A stretch of 64,000 nucleotides of DNA from Vermamoeba vermiformis. Its lineage: Eukaryota. The stretch spans positions 248,001-312,000 of the forward strand of contig JBEWZL010000044.1 of assembly GCA_045837725.1 (NCBI GenBank), written 5' to 3'. The notes under the pieces were generated by a model. The model did no database searches. It saw nothing but the letters and a program-made list of their open reading frames with translations, and was not told where the DNA came from. Each line of letters begins with the position of its first letter. The first letter of the stretch is position 1. The position numbers and the translations under genes were made by a program. Positions 55,627-64,000 of the stretch are shown here, one piece after another.

Positions 55627-55918
55627 TTGACGCGTGAAATACGAGGTCAGTTCGAATTTTAGTTTATAAAAGTGACACCATTTGAATTACACCGGCAATG
55701 ATTCGTAATTTTGGTTTATTCATTGGGGAATATCATAACAAACGGGAAAAGAGTCCCCAAAAGGTTAAATATACTAAAAGCCAGTAGTTTCCTTCGTTAA
55801 ATCGCGTATCTTTGGCGTTTTGTGGTTGTTGGGGCAACCACCCCAAAAGCAACTATTTAAGCGTTTTCTCTGCTGCTTGTCATTATTTTCTATTCGATTA
55901 ACGTGAAACAGTCCACAA

Positions 55919-57602
55919 ATGAAATTAATTTCGTTGTTGTTCGTTTGCGCGACAGTATTTTGTCTCGGTAAGTAGATCGCTTTAAACTCAGCAACAAATA
56001 CTAATGAATTGAAAATAGGATATTGTTTCGATATCATGGGCCCAATAGATAGTGTTATTAGCCCTGGCTATTTATTAGACGGAGATACCATTGACGTCGT
56101 TAAGATCGGAACCACTCAATACTTCAGTGCGTTTGTAGCGGCTGGAGAAAAGGTAAGAATATTACATATATTTCGTAAAGCTAAAGTTTAATGTTGTAGG
56201 ATTGGAAATTATACGGAACGACGACCGACATTGAGATGGGAGACTCCGTTACGACGGAGATCTTGACGTTGGATGGCACTGATAGCCGAAGTTTTGTGAA
56301 GACAACAGTGCTAGACACTGACTTAGTATTGATATCGTGGTATAGGAAAAGTGCTCCTGCGAATCTTGAGTCACTTGTGTATCAAGTACCAACCGGGCAA
56401 AGTAAGTTTGGGATGGACCAAAAATAGAACCAGATCTAATCATGCATGCAGTCACAAAGGACCTTGAAACGCTCTATGCATTCCCATTGGACTATAATTT
56501 GGCTTCATATCACATCGCACCAATCTCGAAGTACGTTTACGCTATTACGGTTCAAGCAGCCATTGCTCGAGCTAGACGGTCCTTAGTGCCCGACACTAAT
56601 GGCCTCCTCGTTGTGAACAAGAACGGCACGGTATATATTGAGCAACAGTACTACGATGACGAATGGGTGAGTTATAATGTATATTATAACTGTGCGTGAT
56701 AGTTGTTGACACGTGCCTTCACAGCGACCATTCGGCATCGAGTTGTTCTCACCAACCTTCTCTGTCATGTCACTGAACCTCTCTTGTGGCTGTGTTCACG
56801 TGCAGTCCTTCAACTTGCAAGGCTTTTTCTTAGGTAAGCCATTCTCTTTATGAAAAACAGTGCGATCTGACCCGGCGCTTTAGGCGAGAAGAATGTCTTC
56901 AATGTGTCTGGCGAGCCAACCAACATTATGCAAGTGCGCACAGGTGACACGAGTTTGTTCCTTTATACTGTTGCCAATAAGCTGTTAGCTACACCCTACG
57001 ACTTGATCCAACAATCACCCGGAGCTGAAACGGAAATTATGTCGTTCTCAAGCTCTACAGAGTTCATTCACGTAGGCGCTGCTTCACTAGCTCCTGGCGT
57101 GGTGGCTGTGGCTTATGATACCCTCTACCTTCTTCGCTCAGTCAATGCCGCGTTCAGAACGACAGTCTATGATGTGGAGACACGCGACCAACGCATGAAC
57201 GAGTACGTCAGATTGGTGATAAATACACTGTGCATATCTAACGTTAGTGGCAGCGTCGTGATGGAGAGCAACTCGCTGTCAGGCTACTTTGGAGTAGCAG
57301 GTGTGGACGAGTACACGCACGTGGTCGCGTTCTTCCGCTGCAACGACACAGTGAGTGTTGGTGCCTGTCCCGGCCACATGGTCGTGTCGCACATGATCTT
57401 TCGACAGCCCACTCCACCTGTCGACATGCCGCCCTTGCCCGAGACACCTGATGTTGGCACAGGCACCAGACCTATTGCCGTTCAAGTACCTGTGGCGGCT
57501 AACAGACCTCAAGCGAATAACAACGTCACCAGTGCTAGTGCTGCACTCACAGCTGTTGGTGCTTTGACTCTGTTGGCCAGCGTATTCTCAAGCGTGTTGT
57601 AA
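55919..57602 (+). CDS. secreted beta-rich surface protein, probably GPI-anchored
   Basis: Signal MKLISLLFVCATVFCL; Pro/Thr stalk; C-terminal SASAALTAVGALTLLASVFSSVL. Confidence 0.7.
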
Positions 57603-57799
57603 ATATAATAAAGATATAATAAGACAAATACGCGTGCGTGCTTTAATTTACTTTATTTACGATAGAATCTTGAATAACAAGAGCGCTACTCTGTACTTAC
57701 CTCCGCTGAACTGCTTGCGATCGTTTTGAGATCAGATCTGTTAATAGCGTATTAGATACTGTACAATTAATAGGATTTAAATAAAAATAAATGATTTAA

Positions 57800-57891
57800 G
57801 AGCTATGATCAGAATTTGTTTCCGTTTCATCGATGGCGGAAACCATCTAAAACAAGAGGTGTCAGATATTTAGCTATCATCATTATAGCTC
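57800..57891 (-). ncRNA. box C/D snoRNA (guide to LSU rRNA, SNORD60/snR48-like region)
   Basis: Terminal stem GAGCTAT/ATAGCTC; box C ATGATGA (57883-57877); box D CTGA (57812-57809); internal TCTGACACCTCTTG; C'-like CGATGA. Confidence 0.85.
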
Positions 57892-58080
57892 CGCGTAATG
57901 TTGGTTATACAAAACTTGGTAAGGCGGGTTGCCTAACTTACCAAAAACGGCGGGATCTGAGTTGATCAGAAGATCAATCTGATGCGAAAAATACCGAAAA
58001 ATCTGAAAAAAACAGGATTGATTAGATATTGATAATAAAGATATGCAACGCAAATATAATGTATTTAGAATTATTTTAGA

Positions 58081-58217
58081 GATTGTATGAGCAACATATT
58101 CCGCTTTTTTCATTTTTTGGTTCAAAAGCGAGTTGTCAATTGCTCGAATACTGTATGCACAATATACGGTGTCACACTCCATGAAAAGCGAAGAGGACAT
58201 AGCATGAGTGTGCAATA
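58081..58217 (-). ncRNA. box H/ACA snoRNA
   Basis: Hairpin TGCACA/TGTGCA, H box ACAGTA (58154-58149), hairpin GAGCAA..CGCTTTT/AAAAGCG..TTGCTC, ACA (58086-58084). Both pockets are 14-15 nt from the boxes. Confidence 0.85.
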
Positions 58218-58431
58218 GGCAAAAGATTTTACACCTTGCGGATGCAGTTGAGACTTACGTTAGTTGCCTTGGCTCAAGTGCACGATCGCATTGTTTGTGG
58301 AGTTCTTATGAATGAGATTGATAGTAATAACAAGTTCAAAAAGCAAAAAGGGCGGCACACGACCCTGACTTAATCGCACCAGGAAAAATCTGGACACAAG
58401 CGTGACTTAATCGCAAACACAATGCTTGGCT

Positions 58432-59892
58432 TTATTCAGAACTCTTCGGCCTCAGTCTGAACTTGCACGCGATCGATAGATGATCTGAGCCTAGGTAGTC
58501 GTTCGGCAGTGCTGTTTGAATGCTCAGACTTTTCTCGTCAGGTATCGAGAGCAGTGCTTCAGGCTCGAGTTCAAAGTCATCGTCTTGACACCAACGAGAC
58601 TCGAGTAAACAGATGTAGTCCAATGTGAGACGAGCAATGGGCGTGTAGGTCGTGTAGGGAGGTTCAATCTTGGGCTTGTCGTGATACTTGGCTGTCTGAC
58701 ACGCACTCGGATCCACCTCAAAATAGTTCCTGTACATGCTATTTAACACGGGCAGCTGTTCGAGTGACTTGTACAACATCTCGACTTTGTCTAATCGCTC
58801 GGCAATCTCTTCATCTGTCTGCGGCTTTGGGATCACTTCAGCATCTAGTACCTCGCGTGAAGGCTGCACCAGATGGTTGATGTACCGCGAGTAGTGATTG
58901 GCCGGTGTTAAAAACGCGTGTTTGTCAATGCGAGCAAAGTTACGGCTGGTCAACAGGGCGTAGTCTGTTCCGTGAGGCCAAAAGTTGAGGTCCCCGCCTA
59001 TTATAACGGGGTACCGCTTGTCGAACTTGTTCTTGAATGCAATCACTTTGTATAATAAGTGCTCGATTTGTCGTAATCGGACGTAGCTGTATCGGGGATT
59101 CCAAAACAGATGCGTTGTGCTGCAAATTACGCCTTGATCACTAAAGTGCAAAAAGTGAGTTAGCAAATGGATACTCTATTAATTATATAGGGCTATTAGG
59201 TACCTATTAACGTCTTGTAATAGAATAATCTGTGCGATGTTGTCGCGAGTCAATTCTTCTGTCTCGACGCCCGTTGTGCCCTCAGCTAGGCTATTAAACT
59301 GAATTTCTTCGTAATCTACGCGCTTAAATCTGAAATAAAGTAATATTAGTACCATAGTTGAGTGGATACTACGAGTGGTTTGGGCTTACTTGTCTTTCCG
59401 CCAAAAGATACCACATCCGTCTTTCTTGTTACCATTCTTTTTCAGCCAAACAGAATCGTATCCTTTCTTTTCTAATTCTGGCCTCCACCACTCGTAATAG
59501 AAATCCATTTCCTAAATAGGAAACCGAAATTTAGAATTCATGGATCAAACGGACTGCAAATTAAATTATCAAAAAAAATTCAAAACAATTATTTAACCGC
59601 ATAATATTAGAGTATCAATTCATACCTGAAAGCACATGATGTCAGTCGCTAAATGCAAAATTTCGTTGAGCAGGATCTGTTTTCTTGTTCCCCATTTCAG
59701 ACAATTGCTGCTACAATAAGGATAGGTATCGCGTCGTATAAGTGTTTGGCCCAACAAATTATATGTCATAAAACTAATGCCTTGGCCTTGCTTGTCTTCG
59801 AGATCCTGCTTGCTGCTCTTTATCGGCAGGTACCTCCGAGGATACAACGACTCGAAAGTATTTTTTTGGTCTTTTTGTGTTTGATTTTCCAT
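58432..59892 (-). CDS. EEP-family nuclease, Angel/Ngl/CCR4-like
   Basis: MTYNLLGQTLIRRDTYP, DIMCFQE, TTHLFWNP, IIGGDLN, TLDYI, GSDHLSI. Confidence 0.9.
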
Positions 59893-60264
59893 TATGGAGG
59901 TGATTAATGCTTCACAAACAAAAAAAGGATTCATTTTGCAGTTTGATTGTTGAGAAAATACACAGAAGTCAAAATAGCGAGGACGAAAACTAGCCACGTA
60001 GCAGTCTGCAAAGAGAAATGATCTGGAACCTTGATATTTCGGGTCAACTGCCTTCGCAAGACATCAGATCCGATCTCATCGTGGATTTGTTCAACAAAGT
60101 AGGGATTAAAAAATAGCGTTCAAATGCATTTGATAAAGTCCTAATTACATCTATATTACCAAACGGCACAAGTGACATGTCACTTTTCACCTCCAAAAGT
60201 TGTGTATTGTTTTCAATCGTGCAACAGAACAGCCACATGAAGATTGCCATTTAATGCATTATTA

Positions 60265-61992
60265 ATGACCCTGATGATAAGTAATTTTTCTTACAAATGC
60301 TTGTGGCTCGTTGTTCTTGTTGCAACATATTCGGATGCTAAAATTATCGTCACTAGCTCTCCAGATGTTACAAGTAAGACCCCGTTAAATAAACGTATTG
60401 TATAATGTATTTACGACGGATTCGTCTTAGTTGAAGCTCATGGTGCTCCGATCCGTTTTGCAAATAATCCATCTGACTTCGCTTTGGCCGGCGAACTTGT
60501 GTTAGATTCAAATCAAAACGTCAGCGATAGAATAGTACTTGTACATAGGTATACAACTCTTAATTCCCTTGATTCATTTTGCGGCTAAATAGCCCCCACT
60601 TTAGAGATCTGGAAGATTGGACGTGGTCACTCCGCGGCATTCCGTTACAAAACGCCGGTGCTAAAGCCCTTCTATTACAGCCTGAGCCCTTTTACGGTAA
60701 GGAAGCACTGAATGAGTAATTCACAAGCATTGTTTTTGACACATCCACTTGATACAGCACTCGTTCCCGGCTTGACTCAATTTTATGGTTATGAACCACC
60801 ATCAAATGATCTCAAAATTCCTATATTAGAAATGACAGAGGCGGACTATCAACGCATTCTTGCCCTGTTCCAAACCGATGGTGCGGAGTTGATGACACGT
60901 GTCAATGTGTCCATAGATTCTTTGGGTAATTTGTGCCGCGTCGGCTTCGGACATCAATAATCTAACGGTATTAATAAGATGCCAACGAATGGGCCGAACT
61001 TTTCTCCTCGGATTGGTACATTGCATGGCAGGTGATTGTTGGTCTTGTCAGCGGCACTATATTAGCCTTTGCACTCTACGAGTACTTTGTATTCTTCCGT
61101 CGCGACGGCTGCAGATTGACTATACCACAAGCATCGCTCTTAATGACCATTGTGGGTGCTGCCAGTACGTACAAGTCATCTCCATCGTTGATTTAGCTAA
61201 TCCCCACATCTTTAGTCCGCACTGTCTACGCTGTGACCAATCCATTGACTGGACGCAGACTGTGGGACTTTAGAGTAGACTCGGTGTTTTTGACGACACA
61301 CGCACCGTTCACATTCGGCACCGTGTTCCTAATAACACTCTATCAGTAAGGTTCTTCTGCATTATGATGCATATTAATCCAATGCCAATCAGACATGAAT
61401 TGATGACGTCCATGCGATTCAACACGTTCCTAACAAAAGCAAAAATTCCATTCGCGATTGCTATTGTGATCATTTTTGCAGCAGAAATAGCCACGAGTAT
61501 CATTCGTGCCAAGAACTCCATCACAGACTACGTCATCTTCATCAACATTATATTTTATATTATTGTGGCCGTAGTCTTTTCAGCGTATTTAATCGCGACT
61601 GCTATTCGCTTCCGACAGTTTGCCAAAGGTGGCGAGAAGAGCAAGAAAGGACTACGAAAGGTAGTATTTTATCATTGACACGTGTCAAATTCGAGATCCA
61701 ACCAACAATGCATTATTAGGTCGTATTATGGAGTGCCTTGTCGTCAGTGTGCATGCTGAGTTTTGTTCTAATTTGCGGCTTTTTCTTCCTCGACAACGCC
61801 AACACACCAGTGCCGTACACAGTGATATTCTTCTGCCTATTCATCGCTATCAACATGATCAGCTTGATACATATTATCACGCTGTTCTCGTCAGTGCAAA
61901 TCATTCAATCCAGCGTGAGCAAAAAGTCTTCTGGCAAGAGTACTGAATTGAAGAGCGGCTCAGTCGAAAATGTAAATTTAACCAGCGATTAA
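60265..61992 (+). CDS. signal peptide + PA-like ectodomain + about 7 TM helices (GPCR-like topology)
   Basis: LQNAGAKALL..PG..KIPILEM PA-like motif followed by seven hydrophobic segments. Confidence 0.7.
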
Positions 61993-62030
61993 AATACGAT
62001 AATCTAACATTTATACATTGCACGTTATAT

Positions 62031-63325
62031 TTACACGGTTTCTGTCGCATTTTCAACTTGCCACTCTTGCTCGTAAAACAGCAGATCGAGCACATCCATC
62101 ATAGTAAATGTTCGTACTTCGTGCACGCTGATGACTTCATCGAATACATTCTGCATCTTGTACCACTTAGCGTCTCTTCGTGCCTCTTGCAACATGCCGA
62201 CAATGTTCTCGCACAACTTGTTGTCGAATAGGTTCTTGATGCACCGACCAGTACACAAGTCTTCATACGGCAAGTTACACACCTCCGTCATGCAGTCTTC
62301 ATATTGGTTATTCGGTATCATTGCGTCTAACATACCTAGGAATGAAACTACGTGTTATAAAAGCCAGTACAAACTAATGAAATAAATTTGATAATATTTC
62401 CTTTTATGGTAAATAAGCTACGTACCAATCGAATAAACATAGCCAGCCCCGCCTTCGCAGTAAATATCGCCCCAATTATTATGGAACTTGCCCATGTAAT
62501 GTGGCTCTTGCCAATCAAAGTGCGACAAGCGCTCTAGTAGTCGCGGATACACGATGAAACTGTCGTCATCGAGTTTTACGAACCATTTTTTCTGCGAATA
62601 ATGCTGGTACGCGTGCTTGAATGCCGCAATCACTTTGTTCTTCATTGCGCGGCCTTGCTCAGCTGCAACAATAGAATTAATAACTGCATAAGATTTATAT
62701 GCACCTATTTGTATCTATTACCTCCGCCTACATTGACGCAGTTCGGTACTTTCGTGCACTCAAAATCAGAATAAAATACGAGACTATCATTGGGTAATCG
62801 TTTGAGCCACGTTCTATAGCCCCAATCTTCACGCTCTGCTCTTCCAGTGCCTGTGCAACAAATTGGATTATAATCAAAGCTAAGATAATTTCAGCGAAGG
62901 AACTTCGTATCGGATCTCCAAATCTTACCAGTAAATACCATGAACAATACGTCGTCCAAGGTAATGGGATATTTTGGTGCTGTGCTCGTAATGTCATCAT
63001 TATTTTTTGGGCTGTTACTCTGCTTTGTTGGATCTGACGTTGGCACGGAATTGCTAAATCCGAAAATTAGAAAAAATAGTAGGAATAATTAAGCGTGTAT
63101 ATATAGAGCATAAATACATTTCCTGCTATAATAGAATTTTTCCACTTAAATTAAAAATAATTACCTAATTGGCATTTTAATATCATCGTCGTTAATTGTG
63201 TGAGTCTCCTCAACCACTTGCACTATTTTTGGTGCATTGTATGTGCTCAAAAACGTTGCCCAAAAGGTCAGCGATATGATAGATCCAACTACTACACCAA
63301 AGAAAAATTGTCTATTTATGACCAT
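62031..63325 (-). CDS. GT31 glycosyltransferase (Fringe/C1GALT1-like), type II membrane protein
   Basis: N-terminal TM, WFVKLDDDSFI, HYMGK, YCEGGAGYVYS, YEDLCTGRC. Confidence 0.88.
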
Positions 63326-63476
63326 TGGTGAGTGTATTAATAGTCCGTTGAGCTGTCACTATGTCTTCATCAATTGAACTATGGTGTTATGTAAAGGCAC
63401 TGCACGTTGAATAAATAAATCGATTTTAATTAACTATTTACATCAAATTCACAAAATTACTATTGTACAAAAAGAG

Positions 63477-64000
63477 TTAGTTGTTGCGTGGACTTGCAGC
63501 GCCAGCATCGATCGTCTGCATGCCGTGGGCAGCTAGATCGTTGACAGGGAGGCAAATCTTGATCTCAGGGATCATGCCAGCCATGGGTCTCAAATCAGAA
63601 GCCGAGACGCGAGGGCTGATAGGAGGCGTCTTGAGAGCCAACTGAGTATCCATCAGGATCTTGACTTGAGGGTTGTACTCTTGTAAGCTAGAGACTGAAG
63701 CTGGAGTCAATTTCTCGCAGCGGCGGAGATCCACCGATTTGATCGGTGAGCGGATGTCAACCAGTGTTTGAACAGAGAAGTCGGTGATCAAGGAGCAGCT
63801 TCTCAAGGTTAAGTTGGAGAGCGCAGGGCACGATCTAATGATCCAGGTAACGCTCTGCAATAAATTGGAATTAGATCAAGTTTGCAAAATATTTCCTAAA
63901 ATAGACGGCATTCAATTTACGAAAGATTCTTTACCTTATCCGTAACTTTACTGCAAAAGCTGATATCCAACGTGCTTAGCTTCTTGCAGCGCTGTCCAAT
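63477..64000 (-). CDS. 3' end of an LRR (FBXL/AMN1-type) protein, truncated by the window edge
   Basis: CKKLSTLDISFCSKVTD, CPALSNLTLRSCSLITD, VDLRRCEKLT. Confidence 0.8.

Larger units (their letters stand above)
57701..58316 (-). ncRNA. non-coding snoRNA host transcript (approximate ends)
   Basis: GTAAGT donors at 58258, 57941, 57700; CTAAT..YAG acceptors at 58003 and 57738; short exons without a meaningful ORF. Confidence 0.7.

Noticed and set aside
57693-57740. U1 snRNA-like 5' end TACTTACCT on the plus strand
   Set aside because: No U1 stem-loops or Sm site follow; it is the reverse complement of a minus-strand splice donor
57883-58215. 110-aa ORF on the minus strand
   Set aside because: Non-ATG start, and it runs through the H/ACA snoRNA and splice sites

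Overview
Gene-dense, intron-rich (GT-AG, mostly 40-300 nt introns), AT-rich eukaryotic nuclear DNA, probably from an amoebozoan-like protist (inferred from gene content, not proven). It holds about 30 protein-coding genes. Recognisable ones include DDI1, TOP3B, NSUN2/Trm4, a Rac GTPase, VAMP7, mitochondrial uL24, a PUF protein, GST, GH26, a sterol glucosyltransferase-like enzyme, a LIMR protein, a LEA-like protein and an Angel/Ngl-type nuclease. Five things are not visible in the ORF track. (1) A spliced non-coding host transcript on the minus strand (about 57.7-58.3 kb) carries an H/ACA snoRNA in intron 1 and a C/D snoRNA in intron 2, both with plausible rRNA-complementary guides. (2) The perfect 12-bp palindrome TGACACGTGTCA occurs at least 8 times, 7 of them in introns of mostly unrelated genes. 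(3) There are two non-autonomous TIR transposons with intact target-site duplications (TTA and 8-bp TATCGGTA). (4) A Ded1/DDX3 paralogue has lost its catalytic Walker A Lys and DEAD Glu but keeps an intact spliced frame. (5) A diverged tandem gene pair shares a homogenised tract over an SH2-like segment. Gene models were assembled by eye, so CDS coordinates are ATG-to-stop spans including introns.
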